From Oligoflexia bacterium (GTDB lineage Bacteria; Bdellovibrionota; UBA1018), in the NCBI GenBank assembly GCA_963758495.1, contig CAVWVI010000004.1, positions 384,001-448,000 of the forward strand: DNA of 64,000 bases. Direction: 5' to 3'. Shown here piece after piece: positions 27,381 through 37,323 of the stretch (the first letter of the stretch is position 1; each line of letters begins with the position of its first letter). A program made the position numbers and the translations under genes. Under the pieces are notes generated by a model. That model worked only from the letters and a program-made list of their open reading frames with translations. It made no database searches and had not been told where the DNA came from.

Positions 27381-28705
27381 CCGCTCCCATACAACTTTCG
27401 ACAGAAGAAATTTTAAATATTAGAAAGCAGAACATGCTGCCTTCTGCAATTCATACATTTAGAAAACCTCTTCATGTAAAAAAGGCCTCCATGCAATGGG
27501 TATGGGACATCGAAGGAAAGCAATACCTCGATGCTTTTGGAGGGATTGTCACCATTAGTGCGGGGCACAACCACCCACGAATTAAAAACCGACTCAAGGC
27601 CTGGATGGAGGAAGACGCTCCTCAACACACCACCATACTTTATCTTTCGGAACCCGTAGCAGAACTTGCGAGTCGACTCACCGGCATTTCTCCAGAAGGA
27701 TTAAAACGAACATTTTTTACTAATAGTGGAAGTGAAGCCAACGAATTAGCCATTCTTTTAGCTCGGCAATATACAAAACGATATGAGATCATTGCGCTGA
27801 AGCACGGATATCATGGAGGCACGACCGGAACCCTTTCCCTCGTCGGTCAGCACACTTGGAAGTGGGGTGGCCCAGGACTACCTGGAGTTACACACGCCGC
27901 TCAACCGAATTGTTACCGATGCCCTTGGGGTGCGAAACCCAACACCTGTGGTCTTGAGTGTGCAAATGATGTCGAAGAAACGATTAAAACAACTACCTCT
28001 GGAGCAATTGCGGGGATCATGATTGAACCCATTCAAGGAGTGGGTGGTTTCATCGTTCCTCCTAAAGAATATTTCCCACGAGTCCATGAGATCGTCAAAA
28101 AATATGGCGGAATTTATATATCCGATGAAGTTCAAACTGGAGTAGGGCGAACCGGAAATCATTGGTTTGGAGTGCTTCATAATGGAGTTACTCCTGATCT
28201 TATGACAATGGCAAAAGGTCTGGGTAACGGTGCTTCCATTGGGGCAATTGTGACTCGGGATGAAATTGCTGAGTCCATGCGTGGAAAAACCCATTTTAAT
28301 ACATTTGCGGGTAATCCTTGGGCGACCATTCAGGCTGCTGAAACTCTTGCTATCTTAGAGGAAGAGGATGTCCGATCCAAAGCCACTCTGCTGGGCGATA
28401 AAATCATGACAGATCTCAAAGAGCTTCAGAAGAAGTCGAAAATTATTGGAGACGTTCGTGGTCGCGGACTTCTGATTGGAATCGAACTGGTCAAAGATCT
28501 AAAAACGAAAGCTTACGGCACAGAGGAAACCTTAGAAGTGCTTGAGCAAGCTCGTGAACGAGGACTTCTCATTGGTAAGGGTGGGCTCTATGGTAATGTC
28601 GTACGACTGACACCCCCCATGTGCATCACTGAAGATGACGCGATTCAAATCGTTCGAATACTGGGTGAGTCTATTCAAGCCGCAGAGAAAATCATGGGAT
28701 ATTAA
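27377..28705 (+). CDS. class III PLP aminotransferase (AGXT2-like, probable beta-alanine/beta-aminoisobutyrate transaminase)
   Basis: YLDAFGGIVTISAGHNHP, NSGSEAN, IEPIQGVGG, SDEVQTG, TMAKGLGNG, HFNTFAGNP. Confidence 0.92.
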   Translation: MTAPIQLSTEEILNIRKQNMLPSAIHTFRKPLHVKKASMQWVWDIEGKQYLDAFGGIVTISAGHNHPRIKNRLKAWMEEDAPQHTTILYLSEPVAELASRLTGISPEGLKRTFFTNSGSEANELAILLARQYTKRYEIIALKHGYHGGTTGTLSLVGQHTWKWGGPGLPGVTHAAQPNCYRCPWGAKPNTCGLECANDVEETIKTTTSGAIAGIMIEPIQGVGGFIVPPKEYFPRVHEIVKKYGGIYISDEVQTGVGRTGNHWFGVLHNGVTPDLMTMAKGLGNGASIGAIVTRDEIAESMRGKTHFNTFAGNPWATIQAAETLAILEEEDVRSKATLLGDKIMTDLKELQKKSKIIGDVRGRGLLIGIELVKDLKTKAYGTEETLEVLEQARERGLLIGKGGLYGNVVRLTPPMCITEDDAIQIVRILGESIQAAEKIMGY

Positions 28706-28708
28706 AAT

Positions 28709-30133
28709 ATGATTCAAAATCCTCGGTTAAAATGCATTCGTGGGGGAAGAATTGTTACTGCAACTGAGGATTTCATTGGGGATCTACTCATTGGAGACGG
28801 TCAAATCCTCGCTCTGGGAAAAAATCTCGAACTATCGGGCATGGCATCAGCAGAAGAAATCGATGCTCGAGGTCTCTATGTTTTTCCTGGAGCCGTGGAC
28901 GTACACACTCACTTAGACCTTCCTTTTATGGGTACCTCAAGCTCCGATGATTTTGAGTCAGGCACTCAAGCAGCCCTGTATGGCGGTACTACATCCATTA
29001 TTGATTTTGCTATTCAAGAGCCAGGACACTCTCTAGGAGAAGCCTTAAAGCTATGGCATGAAAAAGCCCATGGCAAAGCCGTCATTGATTATGCATTTCA
29101 TATGGGAGTCACCGATTTGAATGAAAAAACTCAATCGGAAATCCCTCAAATCATTGAAGATGGAATCACGTCATTTAAATGTTTTATGGCCTATAAAGGC
29201 TCTCTCATGGTTGATGACGGCCAAATCTTTCGCCTAATGAAACAAGTGAAACAACTGGGAGGCATTGTTTCAGCCCATTGTGAAAATGCAGAATTGATCG
29301 AGACGCTCTCCAACTCTTTTCTTGCAGCAGGAAAAACATCTCCCCTTTATCATGAACTCTCTCACACTGATATCGGAGAAGGAGAAGCCACTCATCGATT
29401 CATTGCCTTGTCTCGACTCGCTGGACATCCAGCTTATATTGTCCATCTGACTTGTGACGAAGCTCTTCGACACGTCAAAGAAAGCGTGGCTCACTATCGC
29501 CACCCTGTATTTGCTGAAACATGTCCTCAATATCTCCTCCTCGATCGCAGTGTTTATGAGAAGCCAGGTTTTGAGGGTGCTAAATGGGTCATGTCTCCAC
29601 CGATTAGAACTGTGGCCGATCAGGAAGCACTTTGGGCAGGGCTTCGAGATGGATTTATACAAACACTTGCTACGGATCATTGCCCTTTTCAATTCAAAGG
29701 CCAAAAAGATCTTGGAAAAGACCGTTTCACCCAGATCCCCAATGGGGCACCTGGAATTGAAAATCGAATGAATCTCCTCTTCACTTATGGTGTTCTAAAG
29801 AATCGGATTTCGCTCAATCGTTTTGTTCAAATCCTTTGTGCAAATCCCGCAAAAATATTTGGAATGTATCCGCGGAAGGGCACTCTTTCTCCCGGATCTG
29901 ATGCAGATATCGTGCTCTTCGATCCGACACGGGAAAATGTGATTTCAGTAAAAAATTCTAAGCAACGCTGCGATTACTCTGCCTTTGAAGGTTTTAAAAC
30001 CATAGGAGAACCTGTCAGTGTTTTATGCAACGGTGAGTGGATGTTGAAAAATGGTAGCCTGAACGGCACACAAAGAAAGGGACGTTTTATCAAACGTGCT
30101 CGTTTTAACTCTGAGCTTTCTAATATTCGCTAA
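28709..30133 (+). CDS. hydA: dihydropyrimidinase
   Basis: PGAVDVHTHL, GGTTSIIDF, DYAFH, TSFKCFMAYK, ETCPQYL, VMSPPIR, TDHCPF, IPNGAPGIE. Confidence 0.96.
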   Translation: MIQNPRLKCIRGGRIVTATEDFIGDLLIGDGQILALGKNLELSGMASAEEIDARGLYVFPGAVDVHTHLDLPFMGTSSSDDFESGTQAALYGGTTSIIDFAIQEPGHSLGEALKLWHEKAHGKAVIDYAFHMGVTDLNEKTQSEIPQIIEDGITSFKCFMAYKGSLMVDDGQIFRLMKQVKQLGGIVSAHCENAELIETLSNSFLAAGKTSPLYHELSHTDIGEGEATHRFIALSRLAGHPAYIVHLTCDEALRHVKESVAHYRHPVFAETCPQYLLLDRSVYEKPGFEGAKWVMSPPIRTVADQEALWAGLRDGFIQTLATDHCPFQFKGQKDLGKDRFTQIPNGAPGIENRMNLLFTYGVLKNRISLNRFVQILCANPAKIFGMYPRKGTLSPGSDADIVLFDPTRENVISVKNSKQRCDYSAFEGFKTIGEPVSVLCNGEWMLKNGSLNGTQRKGRFIKRARFNSELSNIR

Positions 30134-30222
30134 TATTCGGAATAACGAGGGTAAGTCATAACCCCCAATCCTAGTCGTCGTTTTAACTGTCAATCAACCG
30201 GGCTGATCTTGGCAATCAATAC

Positions 30223-30246
30223 GTAAGCACTAAAGGAACTCCTTAC
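30223..30246. repeat. REP-like repeat copy, full short unit
   Basis: GTAAGCACTAAAGGAACTCCTTAC with inverted GTAAG/CTTAC ends. Confidence 0.7.
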
Positions 30247-30267
30247 ATATACAGCTGTTCACTTTAT

Positions 30268-30299
30268 GTATAATTATAGATAAAAGAGGTATAATTATA
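30268..30299. promoter_or_regulatory. direct repeat of palindromic GTATAATTATA, possible operator or -10 elements
   Basis: GTATAATTATA at 30268-30278 and 30289-30299 (21-bp period), immediately before the AGGAGG SD. Confidence 0.4.
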
Positions 30300-30314
30300 A
30301 AGGAGGCGTATCTG

Positions 30315-31439
30315 ATGACTTATCGAAATAGGACCCTTACATTTTGGGTAGTAGGGGTTTATTTTAGCTTGATAGGCCCGAATGCAGATGCAGGCCTTTG
30401 CCTCCAACCGCCATTAGTAGTTCGTCGGGTGATCCCTTTAAAAATAACTCCGTCCACTCAAACCACTCTTTCTTGTAATGGCTCACCGATTCTGTGTGAT
30501 CGCCATTATAATGAAATTACTTATGTCACCTCTCATAATGGTTCAGCTAATCAGCCCAGTACTGCACTTTCTCTTTTTAATTTAGGAAATTGCTATAGCA
30601 GCAATATTAACGATCAAGCTATTTCATTGAAAGCTCAGTTCAATTTAGGGGTCCGTGCGACAAAAACTCCGGTACTTTTCAATCAAAATCAAGTCTATTC
30701 CTGTCATGGTTTGAGACCAGAAGACAGGGATGTGGTCAAGAGCAAAGTGTGTGGCAGTCTTATGAATTACCTGCAAACTGCATGTACGGCGATTTTAAAT
30801 TTTGTCGACCCTTGTACATTGGATAACAATAAAAAGGTGCTCTCTAACCTATTGAATGATTTTAATGACTTTCTTCAAAAAAATCCAAATGAAGTTTTAA
30901 CGCTTTTTGTGACCGATCAAACAGGTGGTCATTTCGATATGATTCAAAACACCTTTCAGACGAGCAGTGTAAATCAGTATCTCTATGTTCAGAGTTCCCC
31001 AGATCAAACTTGGCCAACGCTGAGAGAGATGATTACCAACAACAAACGTTTGGTCGTATTTATGGATACCCCTACTCAACTCAATGAAAACCAACAAACT
31101 GAATTTAATCATTATTTCAACCCACAAAGATCGTTTGTTTGGTCCTCTCCATTTAAATATCATACGGACGAGCATTTAAGAAATGAAGATCCGAGAAAGT
31201 TAAATCCAAATGTGCCTTATAATCATCTGTGGACATTGCAGCATTTTGTGACACCTTCGCTTGCTGGAAATCCTTATTATGCAGCGCGTGTAAATGAATA
31301 TGAATTTTTGAAGGATAGAGTAAACAAATACTTCAATGTGATCCGAAAAAATCCAAATTTTATTTGGGTTGATTTTACTGATTTATCGGAGTCTGGAAAA
31401 GACATCTTCATACTTGTGAATGAATTAAATGGTCTCTAA
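30315..31439 (+). CDS. secreted PI-PLC X-domain-like phosphodiesterase, paralog 1
   Basis: Signal peptide; CNGSPILCDRHYNEITYVTSHN, CHG, FLQKNPNEVLTL, WPTLREMITNNKRLVVF, PNFIWVDF. Confidence 0.8.
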   Translation: MTYRNRTLTFWVVGVYFSLIGPNADAGLCLQPPLVVRRVIPLKITPSTQTTLSCNGSPILCDRHYNEITYVTSHNGSANQPSTALSLFNLGNCYSSNINDQAISLKAQFNLGVRATKTPVLFNQNQVYSCHGLRPEDRDVVKSKVCGSLMNYLQTACTAILNFVDPCTLDNNKKVLSNLLNDFNDFLQKNPNEVLTLFVTDQTGGHFDMIQNTFQTSSVNQYLYVQSSPDQTWPTLREMITNNKRLVVFMDTPTQLNENQQTEFNHYFNPQRSFVWSSPFKYHTDEHLRNEDPRKLNPNVPYNHLWTLQHFVTPSLAGNPYYAARVNEYEFLKDRVNKYFNVIRKNPNFIWVDFTDLSESGKDIFILVNELNGL

Positions 31440-31531
31440 TATCGGATGCCGTCGAATCTACTGAGATTCAAATAGCAACAGTTAGACATAATCGAGTTCT
31501 TCTGCTATCGATGATCTTAATGAAAGATCAT

Positions 31532-32140
31532 ATGATAAAAATTTACTATTCACCTCGTACTCGTGCTGTTCGTCCTAGATGGATTCTTGAAGAAATGGGT
31601 ATTCCTTATGAGCTGATTCGAGTGAATCTGGCTGAGTTGCCCCATTCCAATCCTGAGTATTTTAAAATTCATCCCCATGGGGCTGTGCCCGCTTTGGTTG
31701 ATGGGGATCTTACTTTAATCGAATCGGGTGCGATATGTGCTTATTTAGTCGAAAAGTATCCAGAGAAGAATCTTGCGCCAGTTTTAAACTCTAATCAAAG
31801 GCCTCTTTATTTACAGTGGATGTTTTATTGTCCTGGAACCTTTGAAGGCCCTTTTACACAGCTTTTCTCGCAAACTCGAGGCCTTCCTGAGGCTGAGCGC
31901 TCTCCGATTCTCGCAAAAAAAGCTCGTGACGATTTTGATGAAATTTTGAATTTCATTGAAAAGTCGCTCGAAGGAAAAGAGTTTCTTTTAGGAAGTGATT
32001 TCTCAGCTGTAGATATTATGATGGGTCATTCTTTATTGAATGCTAAGAGATATCAAATGATTCATAACTTACCCAATTTAGATCGTTACTTGTCTCAATT
32101 GGAAGCAAGACCGGCTCGGCAACGGGCGAATCAAGATTAA
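31532..32140 (+). CDS. glutathione S-transferase family protein
   Basis: YSPRTRAVRPRWILEEMG, HPHGAVPALVDG, ESGAICAYL, FSAVDIM; start could be 31511. Confidence 0.93.
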   Translation: MIKIYYSPRTRAVRPRWILEEMGIPYELIRVNLAELPHSNPEYFKIHPHGAVPALVDGDLTLIESGAICAYLVEKYPEKNLAPVLNSNQRPLYLQWMFYCPGTFEGPFTQLFSQTRGLPEAERSPILAKKARDDFDEILNFIEKSLEGKEFLLGSDFSAVDIMMGHSLLNAKRYQMIHNLPNLDRYLSQLEARPARQRANQD

Positions 32141-32144
32141 TTTA

Positions 32145-33863
32145 TTAAAATAGTGAGCCGGTCCTCTGAGGAATGAGCATATCATACGCTCCCTGAAGAA
32201 CTATCCGATCCAACTCAGCCTGTTCGATTTCAACTGCAGCCTTTGAATCATAGTAAGACTCAAGTCCACTCACGGTGTCTTTCACTGCACTTCGAATATC
32301 GCTTGCAATCAGTCTCGCTCTCTCACCTTTATTTGAAAGATTCTCAGCATAATTAGAAAATCCATCTAAGAGGAGCCCTAAGCGCTTACGTCGATGTTCT
32401 AATGAATTTTCATACGCCATCCAGTTCTGCTTCAAGTTATTGCGGTACAGAACATGTTTGTACGTTTTCGATTTTAAAATAGACCGAATTTTATTTTCAC
32501 TAATCTGAATACTTGAAATAGCAGATTCAGCAATACGTCTTTCTGGAAATAAATTGAGACCCAACCCTCTTGAGCCTGACACGTCAAACCAGTTCAGGAA
32601 AACATCAGTTGCATTGAGTTCAGCCGCTTTCCTTAAGAAATAAAGCTGTGATAGCTCAAAAGAATTGACGATGGCTAATTCTGCATACTTTTCCATTGCG
32701 AGATTCAACTCTGTAGACTCGAGAACCCCAATATCCTTGGCACGAGAAGTTTCATCTCCTAAAATGACTTCTTCTACAGCAAGTGGATTTTGATATCCAA
32801 GAAGTTGTGAGATTTGAAACCGATCATGGCAATAATGGCCGTCGGCCTTGCGAAGACTTACATTTAAATCATTCAATGCAATCTGAATGGTTAAAATTGA
32901 ATTCTCATCAAAATAACCCTCCTTCTGGAGTTGACGGGCACTTTCGAGCGAATTTTCAATTTGAATTTGTAATTCTTTTAATTCATTTCTTAACTCCAAA
33001 TGAGTTTTGAAGAAAAGTGCGTGAATTTGCAACGCCAAGATCGAATTAGATTTAGCTATAGTATAACTTATATTTTCAGCTCTGGAATGCCATACAGACT
33101 CCTTGGCCTTTAACCACCGAGTTGGAAACAGAAAAGGGACAAAATCTCCCAATGACCTTCTCGCCTTAGGGACTCCCTTTGCCACGGATAATCCCATGAC
33201 AATTGCTGAGCCCAAACTAGGATGCGGTAGTAAATTGAGATAGTTTTTATTTGCGCTTTCTTTGGCACGAATGAACTCTTGAAAAGATTCTTGAATATCA
33301 AAGTCTCGTTTAAAAAGACGATCAATCGCTTCTGGAATTGTAAAAGTAAATGATCCTTCCTCGTTAGAGAAAGTAGAACTTGCCAAGGGTTCAGTTTTAA
33401 AAGGAGACGAATCGCTAGCCACGGCTCCATATAATTTCATTTTCAAAACACCAGAATATTTGTCTTTGACAGTCAGAGTAAAACTAAAATCATTATGACA
33501 AAATTCTGTGAGATAAAGCTCTGTTCCGACAAAACAACTTGGATCTTTCGCTATTTTTTTTAAATGAATCATTCGTCTTCTCAGATCAGGAATAACCAAA
33601 TCATAGTGGTTAGCATTGATCTTCTCAATATTAAGAGACCGTAAAATAGTCTGACCCTTCAATGTTTTAATATGAGCGACAGCTTTTGATCCGAACGTGT
33701 TTAAATTCAACTCGATTTGAACGGGTTGATCTTGCAAAGGATCTACGCCTGATACCCCGTCGATAGACAGATTTCCACGAAAGTGTTGATTTCCACAACC
33801 CACAAGTCCAAAAACCAAAACCCCAGCTATGAAATACTGTAATTTATGACATGGAAGCATCAT
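32145..33863 (-). CDS. lipoprotein with TolC/outer-membrane-efflux-like helical domain
   Basis: LVGC lipobox; long amphipathic helices, YLNLLPHPSL strand, LAIVNSFELSQL repeat; family call is tentative. Confidence 0.55.
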   Translation of the reverse strand: MMLPCHKLQYFIAGVLVFGLVGCGNQHFRGNLSIDGVSGVDPLQDQPVQIELNLNTFGSKAVAHIKTLKGQTILRSLNIEKINANHYDLVIPDLRRRMIHLKKIAKDPSCFVGTELYLTEFCHNDFSFTLTVKDKYSGVLKMKLYGAVASDSSPFKTEPLASSTFSNEEGSFTFTIPEAIDRLFKRDFDIQESFQEFIRAKESANKNYLNLLPHPSLGSAIVMGLSVAKGVPKARRSLGDFVPFLFPTRWLKAKESVWHSRAENISYTIAKSNSILALQIHALFFKTHLELRNELKELQIQIENSLESARQLQKEGYFDENSILTIQIALNDLNVSLRKADGHYCHDRFQISQLLGYQNPLAVEEVILGDETSRAKDIGVLESTELNLAMEKYAELAIVNSFELSQLYFLRKAAELNATDVFLNWFDVSGSRGLGLNLFPERRIAESAISSIQISENKIRSILKSKTYKHVLYRNNLKQNWMAYENSLEHRRKRLGLLLDGFSNYAENLSNKGERARLIASDIRSAVKDTVSGLESYYDSKAAVEIEQAELDRIVLQGAYDMLIPQRTGSLF

Positions 33864-33996
33864 GTTACTTTTCTCAAAAGTTGTGAATGGAGGATTTGCT
33901 CACGCCCCCTTTAAAAACTAATTCTAAATAAAAGGCTAAATACTTCATGAAAATCATCGCGTCAATTTAAAGATGATACTGATTCTCAATTTTATT

Positions 33997-34899
33997 TTAC
34001 CTATTTCGTACAGTCTGCTCCACGGCACTTTTGATATCTGAATAACGAAATACAAACCTGGTATTCTCTAGTTTTTTTGAAACGACTCTCTGGGAACTCA
34101 AGAGGACCGTCGACATTTCACCTAATGCTAATCGCAATGCGAAAGCAGGTACTCTGAAGAAATTATGTTTTCCCAGGACAGCACTCAGTGTCGTTACAAA
34201 ATCGGCGTTGCGAACAGGCTGAGGAGAGACGGCATTGCAGACGCCAGACAGAGCACTCTCTTGCAATGCCCATAAGATGAGCGAAACAAGATCATCGATA
34301 TGAATCCAGCTCACCCACTGTGTTCCATTACCTAATGGCCCACCCATGCCCCGTTGAAAGAATGGCAGCATTTTACCCAAGGCGCCTCCGTCTTTTGACA
34401 AGACCATACCCAGCCGGAGAATCACCGTTCTGACTCCGTACTCCTCCGCACGTCGTGCTTGCGCTTCCCAGCTCTTACAGACTTCCGCCAAAAAATCGTT
34501 GCCCGTGCCAGATTCCTCAGTCAGCATCTCTTCCCCAGCGTTGCCATAAATTCCAACTGCGGAGGTCGAAATAAATACCTTTGGCATTTGGCCCTCGCGG
34601 TCGCATATGGACTGCACAAGTCGCCTAGTTCCTTCCACTCGAGATTCAAAAATCCTTCGTTTCCTCTCTGCAGTCCATCGCCCATTCGCAATCGGCTCCC
34701 CAGCAAGATTGATTATTGCGTCCACGGCATCCACACGCTCCCACCCTTCCAGAGGATAGACCGAGACGGATGTATCGAAAAGCGTCCTGGCTTTCTCGGG
34801 AGTTCTGGCCAATACAATGACTGAATGACGCTCAGAAACTAATTTCCGAACCAGATGAGTACCGACTAAACCTGTTGCACCTGTGACAAGCACTTTCAT
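33997..34899 (-). CDS. TIGR01777 family NAD-dependent epimerase/oxidoreductase
   Basis: MKVLVTGATGLVG, INLAGEPIA, WTAERKRRIFESRV, SAVGIYG, GPLGNGTQWVSWIHIDD. Confidence 0.95.
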   Translation of the reverse strand: MKVLVTGATGLVGTHLVRKLVSERHSVIVLARTPEKARTLFDTSVSVYPLEGWERVDAVDAIINLAGEPIANGRWTAERKRRIFESRVEGTRRLVQSICDREGQMPKVFISTSAVGIYGNAGEEMLTEESGTGNDFLAEVCKSWEAQARRAEEYGVRTVILRLGMVLSKDGGALGKMLPFFQRGMGGPLGNGTQWVSWIHIDDLVSLILWALQESALSGVCNAVSPQPVRNADFVTTLSAVLGKHNFFRVPAFALRLALGEMSTVLLSSQRVVSKKLENTRFVFRYSDIKSAVEQTVRNR

Positions 34900-34951
34900 T
34901 GTGGCTATTTTAGCTGATTCTATTTAAGATCTCAGCAAAATAGGGGGACTC

Positions 34952-35947
34952 ATGCAATATCGAAAACTCGGAAAATCTGGCCTGAAGCTGAGCGCATTTT
35001 CTTTCGGCTCTTGGGTCACGTTTGGAAGTCAGGTGAATCTTTCTGCTGCACTTGAGTTGATAGCCTGCGCCTACGACCACGGTGTGAACTTTTTTGATAA
35101 TGCAGAAGTGTATGCGTCAGGAGAATCAGAACGGATCATGGGTCAGGCGCTGAAAAAACTTGGCAAAGGTCGGGACACCTACTGTGTCTCCAGTAAGGTG
35201 TTCTGGGGAGGTGAGCTTCCTACTCAACTCGGATTGAGCCGGAAGCATGTATTCGAAGCCTGTCACGCAGCACTGAATCGCTTACAAGTGGATTATCTGG
35301 ATCTGTATTTTTGTCATCGCCCGGATATCGAAACTCCTATTGAGGAGACGGTTCAAGCGATGTCGGATCTCGTGCGGCAAGGGAAGGTTCTTTACTGGGG
35401 AACCTCAGAATGGTCGGCGCAGCAAATCACGGAAGCCTTTGCAATAGCTAGAGCTAACCATTTAATCGGCCCGACTATGGAACAACCGGAGTACAACCTC
35501 TTTCATCGCCAGAAAGTCGAAGCGGATTTTCTCCCCCTTTACGATGAATTCGGACTGGGCACGACAATCTGGTCCCCATTGGCTTCGGGAATCTTAACGG
35601 GAAAATATAACCACGGAATTCCTGTAGACTCCAGGATGAATGTGCAGGGTTATGAGTGGTTACGCCGTCGTTTCGAGGGAAAAGAAGGCAAGGAGCAGGT
35701 GCAAAAAGTCCGTCAATTGGAGCCGATCGCCAAGAAGCTGAACTGTTCTCTAGCGCAACTCAGTTTAGCTTGGTGTCTCACAAATCCACATGTGAGCACC
35801 GTCATCCTTGGGTCATCCAAAAAATCCCAGCTTGAGGAAAATTTAAAGGCGTTGCCTCTAGTTCCTCAGCTTACACCTTCCATTCTGGAAGAGATTGAAG
35901 CTGCGGTGGCAAACAAGCCCGAGGGGCCAGTAGATTTTAAGGAATAA
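34952..35947 (+). CDS. aldo/keto reductase (Kv-beta-like)
   Basis: GSWVTFG, FFDNAEVY, SSKVFWG, LYFCHRPD, YWGTSEW, WSPLASGILTGKY. Confidence 0.95.
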   Translation: MQYRKLGKSGLKLSAFSFGSWVTFGSQVNLSAALELIACAYDHGVNFFDNAEVYASGESERIMGQALKKLGKGRDTYCVSSKVFWGGELPTQLGLSRKHVFEACHAALNRLQVDYLDLYFCHRPDIETPIEETVQAMSDLVRQGKVLYWGTSEWSAQQITEAFAIARANHLIGPTMEQPEYNLFHRQKVEADFLPLYDEFGLGTTIWSPLASGILTGKYNHGIPVDSRMNVQGYEWLRRRFEGKEGKEQVQKVRQLEPIAKKLNCSLAQLSLAWCLTNPHVSTVILGSSKKSQLEENLKALPLVPQLTPSILEEIEAAVANKPEGPVDFKE

Positions 35948-35960
35948 ACCACGGGAGGAG

Positions 35961-36422
35961 CTATTTCGGGGTCAATTTATCGAGGGCTTGATTGATGTGG
36001 TTAGGTAGTTCACTAAAGAAATCACCTTTTCTGAATTTGAGTGGATAGTTTACTTTTCCGGACTGTGAAATTTCGGAAAAAAAGCTTTTGAGTCGTAAAA
36101 CCGGGCCCGCCAACCGGTGAGAAAGAATCAACATGAAGAAGCTGGAAATGAACAGGCCGATGCAAAGTACCACTGCAATCCCTGACAAAAGGCGATTTGA
36201 TTGAAGGTTTAGGAGCTCAAAGTAGGGGTGCTGAGGTGGAAGATGAATTTGATTTCCAAGGACTCTAAATCGATCAAATAAGCATGTGGCTTGGAAGTAA
36301 ATCATTCCATAAATTGAAATAGTTACAATAATATTCATGCCGATGAGCAGTTTTTGAAATCTCGGATAGATCCATAGCGTGATCGTTTTTCTATTTTTTA
36401 CTGGATTTTGTTCTGTGCTCAT
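35961..36422 (-). CDS. two-TM HAMP-like membrane protein
   Basis: PRFQ..TM..TM-SHRLAGPVLRL...LKFRKGDFFSEL; GGAG SD before ATG 36422. Confidence 0.7.
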   Translation of the reverse strand: MSTEQNPVKNRKTITLWIYPRFQKLLIGMNIIVTISIYGMIYFQATCLFDRFRVLGNQIHLPPQHPYFELLNLQSNRLLSGIAVVLCIGLFISSFFMLILSHRLAGPVLRLKSFFSEISQSGKVNYPLKFRKGDFFSELPNHINQALDKLTPK

Positions 36423-36482
36423 AACTCTCTCCAATTTTCCATCATTGAGGTTAAACGAGATCATGGGTCTGGCTTGGTCTTT

Positions 36483-37247
36483 TTATTTCTGCGCCTCCAG
36501 CGCTTCCTTTAATCGGGGTTCCAAGTCAGGATATTTTTTTATAAATTCCGCAGCCATTGCTTTTTGAACTTCTCCACTTTTTTGATTGGCGATTGCATCT
36601 ATTGTCCCATTGAGCGACTCACTCCGATCCGAACTCATTTCCATGAAAATCTGGTGAGCTAAAATCGAAAATGACTGTTGGGCTGATCTATTTTTTTCAT
36701 CGCTATTGCCACTTTCTCCGTTTATTTGTGCTTGCTCCGTGGGTTCTGACGGAGAGGTCATTTCTCGAAGAGCCAGATTTTTTATTTCTTCGCGTTTTTC
36801 TTGGGACTGTTCACTTAACTCAGCCATTTTAGAGAGCACTATCCCTCTTTCAACTGGGAATTCAGTAGATGGTAGCTTATCTAAACTTCCTTTCAACTTT
36901 GAGAGAGCAGAATCGAGATTTGTGATGGCACCTTCAGGATTCAACTCCAAATCATTTGTCAGGCCAGATTTAAAAAGATCTGCTATGGGGCCATCTGGAA
37001 GCTGAGAAGAATCAGGAAGATGTAATGTTGGGGATCGCTGGGCTTGAATGTTCTCACCCTGAGCTGCTTTTTCGGCTTCAACTAGGGTAGTTAAAGTAAC
37101 TCGTAATTGTTCTGATTGACTTAGATTGTTCTCCGATTTCAATAAGTCCATGATTTTTTGGTCATTTGCGGATAATTGGGTAGTTTGTAAATAAAACCCT
37201 GCTGCAACAAGGGTAGACACCGTAAATCCAATGACATATTTATTCAT
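36483..37247 (-). CDS. hypothetical exported helical protein
   Basis: 254-aa ORF with N-terminal hydrophobic anchor, co-oriented with the HAMP-like gene. Confidence 0.65.
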   Translation of the reverse strand: MNKYVIGFTVSTLVAAGFYLQTTQLSANDQKIMDLLKSENNLSQSEQLRVTLTTLVEAEKAAQGENIQAQRSPTLHLPDSSQLPDGPIADLFKSGLTNDLELNPEGAITNLDSALSKLKGSLDKLPSTEFPVERGIVLSKMAELSEQSQEKREEIKNLALREMTSPSEPTEQAQINGESGNSDEKNRSAQQSFSILAHQIFMEMSSDRSESLNGTIDAIANQKSGEVQKAMAAEFIKKYPDLEPRLKEALEAQK

Positions 37248-37323
37248 AAAGCTGCCACTCTTTCAGATCTTGGCTGTATATCGGTATAATACTTAAAAAA
37301 ATTAAGAAAGAAAACCAATACCT

